A stretch of 64,000 bases of DNA from Takakia lepidozioides. Lineage: Eukaryota; Plantae; Bryophyta. A program made the position numbers and the translations under genes. The DNA lies in contig CM060732.1 in assembly GCA_030704615.1 (NCBI GenBank), positions 24,304,001 to 24,368,000 on the forward strand, in the 5' to 3' direction. The notes below the pieces were generated by a model that was not told the origin of the DNA, searched no databases, and saw nothing but the letters and a program-made list of their open reading frames with translations. Positions 49,317 to 62,351 of this stretch are shown piece by piece (position 1 is the stretch's first letter; each line of letters begins with the position of its first letter).

Positions 49317-49720
49317 TGGCAAAGAAGTCCATGGTGACGTCATAAGAGCTGGAATTGTATCAGATGTCATTCTGATCCCTACCTTGGTGGACATGTAATT
49401 CAAAAACGGGTGCAGCAAGGTGGTTTAACTATATGTAGTGGCTGAACGAGATGTGGTGTTAAAGAACGTGATGAATGCAGGATATGCACAGGAGGGGTGC
49501 GGGATGAAGGCTTTGGCATAGAGACCTACGAGCAAATGATATGGGAAGGGTTGAAGTTGGACCAGATTATGTTCGTTTGTGTTTATAATGCATGAACAAC
49601 CATGCAAGCAGCCCTCGAAAAAGGCAAAGAGTTCCATGGTGATGTTGTCAAAGCTAGGGTCTTATCAGGTGTCATTTTGAACAGTACCCACAACATGTAT
49701 GTCAAATGTGGGAGCAACGA
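49317..49720 (+). pseudogene. Degenerate PLS-class PPR fragment
   Basis: GKEVHGDVIRAGIVSDVILIPTLVDM*, RDVV..NVMNAGYAQEG, ALEKGKEFHGDVVK..MYVKCGS. Confidence 0.8.
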
Positions 49721-50310
49721 GATCTGTTATTATTATTATTGTTTTTTTTCCTTTTGTTTGCCTATCTCTCCCCCTACTTAGGCCAAGGAAGACGGGGCAG
49801 GGAGAGAGGAGCAGCAACAGTAGTTGTTGCATACAAATCACCCCTATTTTTTTGATTGATTTCTTCTTGTTTTGGTTTAAGTGGCAACATCAGCGGCAAC
49901 AACACAATTGATATAACAAGGCATTGCTAATGAAGAATTCAGATGAAGAGGAAGGATCAATTTGATGAAGGTAAACTGAAAACTTTTAAGACGGGTGATT
50001 TGGTTCTGTGGTTGCAGAAGAAGGGAAAGATGAAAGCTTCTAAGCTTAAGTCACCATGGAAATGACCTTATGTCATACAGAAGATGTATGATAACAACAC
50101 AACCATGTTACAAACCATTAATAAAGAGATGCTGGGAAGAGTCAATGCCAATAAGTTGAAGGGATAAAGTGGTATCCATGACAAACCATAGCAGCATGAT
50201 TTGCATATTGAAACACAGAAACAGTCACGGGCTGCACCGGTGATACCAACGGAGCATGAAGCACTTGTCGTAAAGCCGAATGTGTATGGCCTGAGTGGAG
50301 AACACGGGTG

Positions 50311-50430
50311 ATCGCACAGCTATCACAACCCATCACAGTATCACACAGTCTATCACAGTCCATCACAACATCACACAGCCTATCACAGTTTACCACAGTT
50401 TTACACAGTTTATCACAGCCCAACACAGCC
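50311..50430 (+). repeat. Degenerate 10-bp tandem array (nnnCACAGyy)
   Basis: About 12 units such as TATCACAGTC; the same motif is arrayed at about 55221-55430. Confidence 0.85.
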
Positions 50431-50431
50431 T

Positions 50432-53400
50432 ATGCGAGTTGCACAGTCCATAGAGTCAGTGACAGGTGGACGCGGGTTAACGTCAGAAAAGTGGCCGACA
50501 AGTGAAAGGATAGCTTGGAAGTCAAACTCGGAGAATGTGCCACGCGGACAGGGGAAGACGGGGGCAATTTTAAAAGCGAACACGTGGCCACTAGGGCGAA
50601 GCACACCACGGTGCATATATTGTAAAAGTGGGTGTCATCATGCAAGAGGACAAACTGGGCCGTCAAAGTACCTACCCGGTACATCAACCAAAACTATTTG
50701 TGGGCCCATTAATGCATTCAGGGCAAAGGTAACGGAACCCTTTACATGTACAGAAAAGGGGGGCCTTTGCCACATGTGCTGTCCTAGTGGACATTTCAGG
50801 TGGGAATGTCCACTGAGGGGGGTAAAATTAAGAAGTTACCCAAGGAGGCAACAGCCAATCAGGAGTGAGAATTTCATGCAGGTGGTTCCCTCCAAGAAAC
50901 AAGAACAAGAAATTAGAAGAGTTATGAGCGGAAGAGTCGAGGTGGCTCTGAATAACCAGCGTCTCGACGGGAGGGGCAATCAAAGCTATAGCTTTGTAGC
51001 TATGGCGGATATTACGGACTATACATTAGCTTTACTTCTCACGCAATGGCGCAAGGACGGACGGGTTGAAAGGACATTCTCTCTCACCCACTATCTGCAA
51101 GCCCCACAGGCTTACACGTATTTACCCGTTCCTTTCTGTGCCAACCATACCTTTATGCTCTACGTCCTGCAAGCTTTCCTGCAACTGTTTCAAACAAGGC
51201 CTTTTTGTTTGTCTGGGATGAAGAGAGTTAGGGGAATGGAGGATGTCAGGGTGAAGAGCACCACGATTTTGCAGAAGCAAACAATTGCTACACCACAGGC
51301 AGTGCAGCTGCTAAAGGAGTTGCGATTGGAAGGGCTGCTATGCAAGGACTGGTCTTTGCATCATCGGAAGTATATGATTCAATTCATTCAGAACTTTGAG
51401 CCTAGGACAGGAGTTACACAGGTGAGGGGAGTAGATATAGAGATTTCTCCCCAGTACTTGCAGCAACTGTTTGAATTGCCATCTGGGCATGTGAATGTGG
51501 ATGAATACAGGGCAAGATTGCAAATGGTCAATTTGTTCCAAGAAACGAGTTTCTTTAAAACACAAGGATACACCTGCACCAAGGCTGAGTACCCAGGGCT
51601 AAGAGAAGTTGGCCAAATATTGAATGTTCTGTTTGCCATGAAACAGAACCAACAGTACTTGAGCAGATCATTCACGGAGGAGATATTGAAAGCCTTGAGG
51701 GGAGAGAATGTAGCTTGGGCGGAGTTGATGTACAATGGTCTGGTGGAAGAGATGAAGCGGTTACAGGGCACTGTAGCTAAGTCTCCAATCATAGTGTCTG
51801 GCCCAATAATTGCGCAAATTATCCTTGATTCTTTCATAGTTGATGCACGAGAACGTAAAGAGATGGGAGTGTTTGAGACAGCAACCACTGCAATTGAGGA
51901 ACAGGGCCCTTCACATGGTGAAGGTGGATTGGAGGGGCAGCACCAGTCCAAGAGGCAAAAGCAGGATACGACTGCGGCATATCCACTAGCTTCAAGGAAA
52001 CCACAAGATGATGTTTCCATAGTTCTTGTACAGGATGGGGAACAGCAGCACAGGGGGCTGTTGTTACTGGAAGCACGGCCTGTGGAGAGGGAGGAAGAAG
52101 TTACCTCAGTACCACAGTCACCACAGTCAGTTGACTCAATTGTTCCGGGGGTCACTCAGATAGTACATGTTGTTACACCAAAGCCTATTGCTTTGGAATG
52201 AGAAAGGCCGGACATTCCCACTACAGAGCAGGTAGTGGCAGAAATTGAGAAGGGGGACCTTCTCTATGAAAACTCTGGCTTGGTCAGGGAACCAGTGGTG
52301 CCAAAGATGCAGAGTTTGACCGAGGAAATCCCTGCTGTGCATGTGATGCCCGAACCTGTGGAGGAGGTTCCAGAGGTAGAAGGTAGGGGCACTGCAGCAC
52401 CTGTGGAGAATGAGGTCGTTCAGGATGAAGATCTTGTGGGAACATGGCCTGAATGGTTGGTGAAACATCACACTATGGAGAATCAGGGTGACCACCAACA
52501 GGGTTCCTATGAAGACCCACAGCAGGCCATGCTTATGAGTTCCATAAGCAAAACACTCAATTTGTTGGGCACAGATGTGAAGTCTCATGTTCATCTACAC
52601 AATTGGCAGCTTTGAGAGAGGAACTCAAGTAGGAGTTTGAGGCTAGCATTGCCACTGAGTGTGCAAACAAGGTGGATGTGGAGGCCAACCTCAAGTTGCA
52701 TAAAGAATTGGAGGACACCAAGGCTGCCCTGCAGCTATCAAAGGGGAATCTGGTTGAAGCGGGTCTGGAGCAGGGGAAGTTGCATGAAGCGCATGAGCAG
52801 CAGCTATACCAATTGCAGGTGAAGCATGAGGGAAAATTGCAGGAAGTGATGGTGCTTCATACAGAGTTGGAGACAGTTCATCAGAGAATGACCATACAAT
52901 GTGCCACACTAACAACTGCTCTGGAGCAAACTGCATTAGAAGTTAACAGACAAGCAGAGAGATGTATGATGGCAGAGGCTGAGACATTAGAGCAGGGGAA
53001 ACTTATTGCTGATCTGAAGGCTACTCTCCGTCGCAATGAGGATACTTTCCAATAGTACAGTCAGGTTGAGGCTGAGAAAGAAAGGTTCATCCTGCAGTTG
53101 CAGCAATCACTCACGGGCCACAAGAATGAACTCTCTGTGGCTAACAAGGCTTGGAAGGAAGCCAATAATCTGGCTGCTGCCTATGCGGGCCTGATTGAAC
53201 CTCATGCGAAGCGCATGAAGGCCTTACAGTAGCAGTTAGTTGTGTACAGACTTAATGAGGAGCAGGCTCTCCGGGGTGCTACACAGGACTTGGTGGATAA
53301 TCATCTTATGCAAGTATGGTTAACACAAGGGCTGGTGGAAGGGAAGGCACCACGAAAGCTCACTCAGGGGGAGATGAATGATCTCAGGTTGCAGGTGCAG

Positions 53401-54973
53401 AATATTGCCACAACTACTATAGACAATGTCTATAGTAGGATAACAGAGTTACAGGATGATGTGGAAGGGCTGCAGACTCAAGTAGATGACTTGAGTTCCA
53501 AGCCTCCGGGCGTCTGGCCTGTTGCACCGGGTTGCAGCCTCTCTCAGAATGAGGCGGATGCTCTATCTGCAGCATGATTTCGAATGGTGCAACGCACAGA
53601 CATCCCGGCCCACGCATTTCCGGTTCCTCAGACCCAGCCATTGCAGATTACTCGGTCCAGTAGAGACGGATTGGACAATTCTGCACATCCCACAATGCGA
53701 TTCGGAAGAGTGAAGAGACGACACCCTCCCAACAAGTTGAATGAGACTCAGATTGCCAATGCTCTTGGGCAAACGAGTCTTTGATCCTGAGGAGCAGCTG
53801 GTGGCTACTTATTTGCATGCCAGAACCCTGGTTTTTCAGTCTTCATCACAAGAGGTACAAGAAATGCCAGTAATAGGAGGGACAGTGGCGGCAATATCAC
53901 AGCCCCCACAGCCGGTGGCTGTGCAAGTGGCTGACACTGTTGATACCATGGCAATGCCACAGGCTGAGGTTTGGGGGGATACTACTTTTCACCCACCTAG
54001 GACTCATGCTGCACTGGAGTACAATCGGGCTATGATTATGCCCTTCAACCAAATTCCCATTTGTGATGGATTTGGCTTGGAAGGAATTCAGTCATCCACA
54101 GTCTTTGGCACATTATTACCAGATCATGCGCATTTGGTTGCCAGTGGCAACTAGGACTAAGGTTCTTCCGAACAATCGACCCATTGAGGATCATCATTTT
54201 GTATGGTACTGGTCAGAGGCAGGCACCATGCTGAGGGAATTGATTGCCTTTCAGGTTGTTCATGGGTATATCTACACCAAAACCAAGGAGGTATCTAGTA
54301 TTGTCATGGGTTGTGGAATGTACTATGCTGCTTGTTTCATTGCACGGTATCACATTGAGCAGCAGAAGATGCAGTCAAGATTTCTGAGTTATTCCAATGG
54401 AGATCATTGGTCTTACCTTCAGTTCCACCTCATATGTATCTATATGATGCGAAAATCATGATGCAGAAGGATTCCCAGCTTCTTTCATGGTTTAATTTGG
54501 CTTGGAACAGCTTGGCCAAAGAAAAATTGGGCCCTGATGATATTTTTTATAAGGGACATGAAGCCTGGAAATACTTACACTATTCCAAGGTCATTGGCAC
54601 ACCTCTCACCTATACGGCCAAAGAGTTCAAGGAATTCACTCATTTTGCTTGCAAGCGATTAAAGCAAGTAGTCCAATTCAAGCTTCCAGACATGGTGGGC
54701 CAACACTGCATGCCATGCAGGATTCCTGAGGAACCACTTAAGGTTCGGCCGCCGAAACACCTCAAGGGGGAAGATGATTCTGATACTACTAGTTCTATAG
54801 AAGAACCTTTTGACATGGCGGAGGACTACGCACTACAGATGGCAGAGAAAAAACGACGGGGATCTCCTATGCCTGAGAGGTTACCTCGTTATCAACCACA
54901 GGAGGGTCAGGCATTTTTGTTTGGTACTCGATCGTCTCCATCAACCAGTGACAGGGCTCGGGCTTGCACATAG
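50432..54973 (+). pseudogene. Long accessory (extra/env-position) ORF of an LTR retrotransposon, disrupted
   Basis: 589-aa ORF plus colinear downstream fragments separated by single stops or frameshifts; QVRGVDIEISPQYLQQLFELP resembles plant retrotransposon accessory proteins; coiled-coil region; directly upstream of a PPT and LTR. Confidence 0.6.
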
Positions 54974-55080
54974 AGCCCTCCAAAGGATTCTCACCGTTAG
55001 AAAGGTGCTCGCTCACAACGGTTTGCTGATCCTAAACAGTAAACCATGAGGACACGGTTTTTTGAGAGGGGGAGGGGTAA

Positions 55081-56064
55081 TGTTAGAGGGCTGTCTGGGA
55101 CTTAGATACTTTTATGGGCTCTGTGGGGTACCCTTAATTTTTGCGCAGACTTACAGATGGTAGACTTAGACCAACAGAGGCCTTAGGGGTGATAGTACAG
55201 GCTTTAGGGGTGGTAGACAGTCGTACACAGCCTATCATAGTCTATCACGGCCATACACAGCCCGACACAGCCTTACACAGTCTGTCACAGTCAATCACAG
55301 CCTATCACAGTTAGTCACAATCTATCACAGCTTGACTCAGCTTCGCACGACACAGCCCGACACAGCTTTACACAGCCAGTCACAACTTGGCACAGTCACA
55401 GCCCGACACAGTTTGGCACAGGCCGTCATAGCGTACATAGGGAATGGTTATCATTGGTAGGGAACGACTGTGTGGGAATGACATCTGCAGAGGGAACGTG
55501 TTACTTCTTGGGGGTGACGGTTAGTTAGTTAGGCGGTTAGAACAACTTGCATGTAGATGAGGCAGAGCAGCAACGGGGGGGGGATGGCTTGTTCATGAGT
55601 AGAGGAGATGAAGTGGAGAGCAGGAACGGAACCAAGGATGGAGAACACGGCGAAGATGGGAAGATGATTGGATCGATGTTTGATTCATGCAAGCTGTAGA
55701 GTCGTACTGTAGAACAGATTAGAGACACTAAGGCTACGGCCTGATATTGAATAGAGATTAATATGATACACATTCCTTACCCACACCGTGTAGAGAGAAC
55801 TGAGTGAAGCTGTGGAATGAATGGTTGAGCAATCGGAACCTCGTAGATTGCTGAAGTAAATTGTTTCTCAAATATAAACAGTAAGGTAATATGCTGATAT
55901 GAAGGCAAGAAGGAATACAAACAAGAAGCACTACCATGATACACCAGATGTAGGTCATGACTGATTGTTCTGAGCGGGCTGAGTGCTTAGAGATATCTAA
56001 CTCTTCTATTTTGGAGTTCTCTCCTCGTATAGCGAAGGGATGGGTGAGTAAAAGCCGCTCGACA
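55081..56064 (+). repeat. LTR (984 bp) preceded by a PPT
   Basis: GAGAGGGGGAGGGG PPT at 55064-55077; TGTTAGAGGGCT...AGCCGCTCGACA imperfect inverted ends; the right end abuts a CACTA transposase mid-ORF. Confidence 0.75.
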
Positions 56065-58443
56065 TGTGTATTCGCCATTGCATGGCTCCAGGCCCACGTG
56101 GGGTCATTATGTGTGTGAGTCGCATTTTCCGCCGGATTTGTGCCAAAGTATGGGACCCTAACGAAATAGATTCATTGCGTGAGGATGTTGCTATAACCTT
56201 GTGTCTGTTAGAGAAAGAGTTCCCCCCTTCTTTCTTTGATGTCATGACCCATTTGCTAGTTCATCTCGTAGATGAACTAGACACATGTGGTCTGGTGTCT
56301 TCACGGTGGATGTATCCCATGGAGCGTTACATGAAAGACCTCAAGGGATACGTTAGGAATTACGCGAAGCCAGAAGGGAGTATGGCTGCAGGGTATGTTC
56401 TTGATGTGGCCATGGGGTTCATGAGTGAGGATATGCAATCATTTGATGCAACTCAACGGCGGATTTGGGATGCAAATGCGGAGGAAGGGGTTGAGAACGA
56501 GGTCTTGGAAGGTGTCGGAAAAAAGTGGGACATGAGTGGAGCTGAGAGAGATGCAGCACATTTGTATGTGCTGAACAATACCAATGTGATGGTTCCTTGG
56601 GTGCAGTGAGTTCTTCTTTTCATTGCACCTTATTCATATCAAGTTCAAATGCAATTGTGACTGTCACCAGTGTAATAGAACCACCCACAAAGTCATAAAT
56701 GTCAGTGGTTCATCGTGATGATAACCACTTCTGTAGTAACTTAATGTCTAAGTGAGTGACTTTTTGGAAGAGCATATTCATTTACAGGTCATTCTGCTCA
56801 CTCATCCAGTGGTTTTCAAAGTATCATTCATGCTAGGTATTTTTTGCAAAGTAATGCAACACTTCATTGCTAACATGTGTCATTCTTGTTGCCATTTTGT
56901 GACCGAAAGTATGCAACAGAGAAGGCACAGTTCACTGCAGACAGAGACACATGTGCTCGTGAGTGGCGTGCCAATCGTCGACGTCACGGCCGCCTTCCGA
57001 TGCCATACCCTCCCCATTTGTTGGAGTTTCCACCCCTACCAGTATGGATACGCCGTGCAATCCAGGCCCATGTCTTTGAGCATGGTGTTGAGGATGCGGA
57101 TGTAATTCATTTGTCTACTCCCCCTTTCATGGCATGAAGGCGTATGGAAATCATTATTGAGTGGATGACACGGAGAGTCGTCTTCTTGTCTCTTTTGATT
57201 CCGGAGTTGCATCCGTCAACAGAGCAGAAATAGTGTGCGTGATAGAAATCCAGTCATGTCACCATTGAAGTACGTTGGGGTCATCAAAGAGATCTTCAAA
57301 TTGGATTATGGACGAGTACACCCCATTGTATTTCGTTGTGCTTGGGTGAGGGCCAACCTCGTTGGACAAAATGCTAGAATGAAGCGGGATTCGTATGGTT
57401 TTCTACTTGCAAATTTTGGGAGGATGTTGCCCGCCAATGATCAGCCGTTCATCTTTCCTCTCAAGTTGAACATGTGTTCTTTTCGGATGAGTCCCCAAGT
57501 TCGGAGTGGAAGGTAGTCCTTCGGAAGGATCCAAGAGCAAAAATGATTGTGGCGGACATAGATCAATGTGACATTGGAGAAAATGCAGATTTCGATGGTC
57601 TTCAGGCACCGTCCACCTTATCAGATCAGCCAATACCTAGGTCATTAGATGGTGCCACGGCTCTAAATAAAGAAGACCTGGCTATGTTGGCTACCATTCA
57701 AGCGGCGTTTGTGCAACCAACCGCTATTCCAGTTGAGCAAAGTGATTCAGAGGGTGACGAATATGTTTCAGATTCAGAATAAAGTTTATTGTTGGAACCA
57801 TTTGTTCAATAGCATCATGCCACAATGATCTGGCCATTTGTCTGTTTTTCAAAGTCTGTCACAGCTGCACAAACCACTTAAATTTTTTCATGTATCACCC
57901 AAAAAGTGGTACCAATCACTTGTCTGTAGGCAACCACTCATGAGCAACCACTAGAATAGTGGTTCCAATTACTGCAGTATCTTTCACCACCCACTCTCCA
58001 CCTCTGTCAAAGTGGTACAAATCAATGAGGTGTCTTTAACCACTCTGCACTGTCCCCGTCCACGTGGAATATTATATTTATGAATTAAATATATTTCCAA
58101 ATCATAAATCACAAATAAAAAATTATTATACGTGGAGTAGCAAGTGGTTTCAACCACTTTCCATCACTGAGGTGTCTATAACCACTCACAATGTACCACT
58201 GCACTCGTCCACGTGGAATATTATATTTATTAATTAAAATATATTACCAAATAAATAATAATAATAAAAATTATTACACGTGGACTACTGAGTGGTTGAA
58301 ACCACTTCCAACCACTGTCTATGATGCCACCGTGGCATTTCATTGGGATTAACCACTGGCAGATGGTTACTAGTGGTTTATAGAGTGGAAAAAGACAGTA
58401 GTGGTTAAAGAGCCAGTGGTTATTCCACGTTTTTCTTCTAGTG
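56065..58443 (+). mobile_element. CACTA element, 3' part (DUF4218/DUF4216-like remnants plus right TIR)
   Basis: EKEFPPSFFDVMTHL..SRWMYPMERY..KPEGSMAAGY; DQPFIFP; AACCACT subterminal repeats; end TTTTCTTCTAGTG. Confidence 0.88.
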
Positions 58444-59829
58444 CTAAGAAGCTTCCCTAATGGAGGTTTCTTGATGGAGAAGCTTCAAAGGTTAAACAAA
58501 GGTTTCTTGATTCCTGAGTAGTTTCCCAAGTTACTCTTGATAATTTGATAAACTCCAGGTAACTTGGTAACTAATGATAATTTAATATAAATCATGGTAG
58601 ATCATGGTAAATCACAGTAAATCATGATAACTTTGTAACTTTTTATATTTACTCATGGTAAGTTCTTCTGGGCTATGTCTGTGATAGCGTTGTGGATGTA
58701 GTTGTAGGAACAGTCGTACTTGTTAAACAAAACTGCGAAATCTTGATCTCATCCTATCAAATTTATCGAGCATGCTGATCTTTGGTTCTCTCGTAATCTG
58801 TTGAAGAGAAACCGTTGCAGTAAGAGCTGTTGCAGTAAAGACTTGTATGATTGAAGATCCATTGTTCGACTCCTTTAACTCTGAAATTTATTGTTGCAAA
58901 TTGTAGAGAGCGTTGCCAAGATCTTGAGACTGATCAGCTTGTAATTGGGCGGTAGAGGTACGAAGTTCTTGCTAAGCCCCGAGCTACACGTCAATAAGAC
59001 GTCACAACGATGATGTCAACCAAGTTAGTTTCAAGGTGAAGATCCATATTCAGTGTATCTAATACACGCTAAGGAGGGAGGAACACCATACATCAGTATA
59101 TATAGCTGCACTTCCAGCACTCTTGCATCTTGTATTGACAGCATGGAGTCACAGTAACCAGATACATTGGAGCTGTCGCTTACCCAACTACCAGATCAGC
59201 CGTTCCGACTCTCACGACCTTCAACATCACCCCGACGCTCTTGAGACGATGGGCCACCAATGTGACGCGTACTTCCTCGTCTGGACCCTGTACGATGACA
59301 AGTGGAGCCTACTCGAAGTCTGATAATCCTGTTGGAGGTAGAGACTTCGAACCCAGACGGCAACGAAATCATGTTTGAAGGCAGCTTCGAAAATCAGAAT
59401 GCTCAAATCACTGCGTGGTCCCAAGTTCAAGGTGTTGGATACTATCGATGGTTGCAGGGACCTATAAATCATTTGAGTCAAGAACGAAGAACCAAATACT
59501 TGGCAAGTATCATTCGCCGGATTTTGGATTTTCTCCAATTATAAGCAAGTCCAAGATTTTACCGCTCCTCGAAGAATTCGGAGTTAGAGGAGGGGGTGAT
59601 GTCATGGATATAGCCCAAAAAAACTTAACAGGAGTAAATACCAGAAGTTACCAATTTACCATGCTATAAAAAATTACCGTGATTTATCATGATCTACCAT
59701 GATTTACCATAAATTACCAAATTTTTGGGAGTTTACCAAATTACCGAGAGTAACTTGGGAAACTGCTCAGGAAGCTTCCTTTGGAGGGAACTTCTCCATC
59801 AAGAAACCTCCATTGGAAAAGCTTTTTAG
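58444..59829. repeat. About 190-bp imperfect inverted repeats flanking about 1 kb (unclassified foldback-like element)
   Basis: AATGGAGGTTTCTTGATGGAGAAG and TTCCTGAGTAGTTTCCCAAGTTACTC on the left are mirrored at about 59665-59829. Confidence 0.7.
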
Positions 59830-60179
59830 GGAACTTCCTAGTAGCCAGCATATATAGGAGACAAGACTGAACACTCTTCAGTCTCGCCAACACAAGTTCA
59901 GGCTACTCTTGTTTCCAGTTCCAGTACTCCAGTCCAGTTTCCAGTATCTGATACCCCAGTCCAGTTTCCAGCATTCCATCGAGTTGAGTTGCAGTATCTT
60001 GTACTCTTGTCCATTGTTATAAAGATCATCTTGATTCATGTTTATCTATCATGCATTCGGCCAAGCCGACCTTGACTTCTTGTCTAGTCTTGTACCTCTA
60101 GTCTGATATCTTGTTTGTGTCCAGTCATGTTCTCGTCCTTTGACAGCATGGAGGAATCAGACCGAATCTGCATACTGGA

Positions 60180-60540
60180 CACTACTACGTTTAGGGGAGG
60201 TTAGCGACGCTAGGACGCGCCGGACACGCCGACCCTCCTGCGACTGCAGCGTCGCACAAGCGCCCAGCTCGGGACTTGCGACGTCGGGGCGTCATAATGT
60301 CGGTGCTCGGACGATGTTGTGGCATCTTACGATGTCATGCTGTTGCCGGAAAGGAGCCTAACCTCATTCCCCCGCCAACGCACTGGGGGGGTGCGACACC
60401 TTGGCATCGCAACAATTTGTTGCGACGCCCCCGGGATGCTGCGACGCTGGGGAATTGGAACGAGACGTCGCAGCCCAGCGACGCTTTTGCGACGGCCGGG
60501 CGCTCATGCGGCGACAGGGAATCGCAATGCCCGGAGGAAC

Positions 60541-60581
<41 letters not shown>

Positions 60582-61562
60582 GTTATTATTATTATTATTA
60601 TTATTATAAATTCCCCGCCGTTGCTGCGGCTGCGACGCTACGATTCCCCGGCGTCCTGGGGGCGTCACGGAAAATTGATTCTGGGAGTAGATTGTAGAGC
60701 ATAATGAGCTTGACATCCTCAGACTATAGCCATTGTCCAACAATAAGTTGCAATGCAACTTTGCAAAACTTAAGCCATTGATACATATTTGTTCTTGAAG
60801 AACTCTGGGGACAAGTCTCGATGCAAGTTCCAGCTGTGCGAGCTCCTGTAGAGTACGCATAATCTGCAACACAATGATAGGATTAAGATAGTGGTAGTCA
60901 CTATGAGCTTGATATGTATATATATACTTGGACTGCTTTTGTGAAACATAGATGTATTGTAGATTTGTTGGTTAGTGTGCAGTGTTTAAGAAATGTTATA
61001 ATGTGGAGGTCCTAGGTTCAAATGTGCATTGCCTAATATATGTAGAACAATGCATGAACTGCCATTGGACAAAACCGGAGTCAATGGTCAACTACTTTTT
61101 GAAATTCAAAATTCAAATTTAAATTCAAATTCAAATTTTCTCACCTAAATTCAAATGTACCCTCCTACTGTGTGACGTCTGGGGGTCGCATTTACGACCC
61201 CCGGACGTCCCTAATGCGACGTCGCAGAAAAAACGTCACAGAAAAAAACGTTTTTTTTTAAAACAATAAAAATAAAATAAAATAAAATAATAAATATATA
61301 TTTATAAATTTATTTTAATGCCCGGACGTCGCAAGTCGCGCCGGCGCAGCGGCCGGGGCGTCCCGGGGGGTTTGCGATTCCCCGATGATGCTAATTAGCG
61401 ACGTTCCAGGAGCGACGTCTCTACGACTTCCCGACGTCGCAAAATGCCCCCGGCGCGCCTCGGGCCCCGTAGAGTATTTCCGTCGCTAATCGCGGCGGTT
61501 GGAGGTCGCTGGGGCATCGCTACCCCCTCCCCCCCCCCCCCCCCCCCAAAACCGTAGTAGTG
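60180..61562. mobile_element. Non-autonomous CACTA element (1383 bp), same family as 20773-21663
   Basis: CACTACTACG...CGTAGTAGTG; TSD GGA/GGA; GCGACG repeats; internal poly(A) and (TTA)n. Confidence 0.93.
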
Positions 61563-62351
61563 GGAGGAATGGATGCAGCGAAGAAGCGCCGCAGAGACAT
61601 CAAGCTGGTATATCAATAAAAAGAGCAAAACTATCAGGTAAAGTGGGACTTTTACTAATTATCAAGCACACCAATTTTTCACCCACACTAAATCAGGAAC
61701 CCAATGTACCAGCAGGTTAGATATTCGGATCCTGTACTAACTTGATACCCCGGTGAAATCAAATACCTGGGCGGATTTCAAAAAGCCACGGCTTCTCTGC
61801 CAAGCCTCCCCACCTGTGGGCCAAGTCTTGTTGCTTTTTTTTTTGCAGTACGGGCCAAGGCAGGGGATATGGGATGCATACTCAAAACCGTCACCGTATC
61901 CAATTTCCACATTGTCTATGTGTTTAGTACATCGATTACACCATATAGTGTGGACCACAAAATTACGAAGACCCATGATAATTTTGAATGTTCAAATATA
62001 ATGCGACCTCCGTCTACACTAATATTTTATGTTCAAATTTGTTATGGGTTAAATTGAGGGCCACATTAATTACAAACGTCTAAGATTGCTGTGAATTCAT
62101 TATGATGAACATGAATGTATAGAAATATAACACAAATTATCATAAAAATATATCTTCACATCAAATCTTGCAACCACACAATGTTCAAGCTTATGAATAT
62201 GGAAGGAACCAATTCTCCCATAGTATATACTAAAAGTCTAACATTATATTAGATTATAATTTAAATAAAATAAAATAAACCCATAATATTATATAAAATA
62301 TTATATCATTTTACATTATCATTGTAATATTACTATATTGCAATTGATGAC

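Noticed and set aside
51388-52155. 255-aa minus-strand ORF
   Set aside because: Antisense shadow of the plus-strand accessory ORF; Ser/Cys-rich and motif-free.
50311-55430. CRISPR-like array from the CACAG repeats
   Set aside because: Degenerate 10-bp tandem units with no unique spacers, no cas genes and a eukaryotic context.
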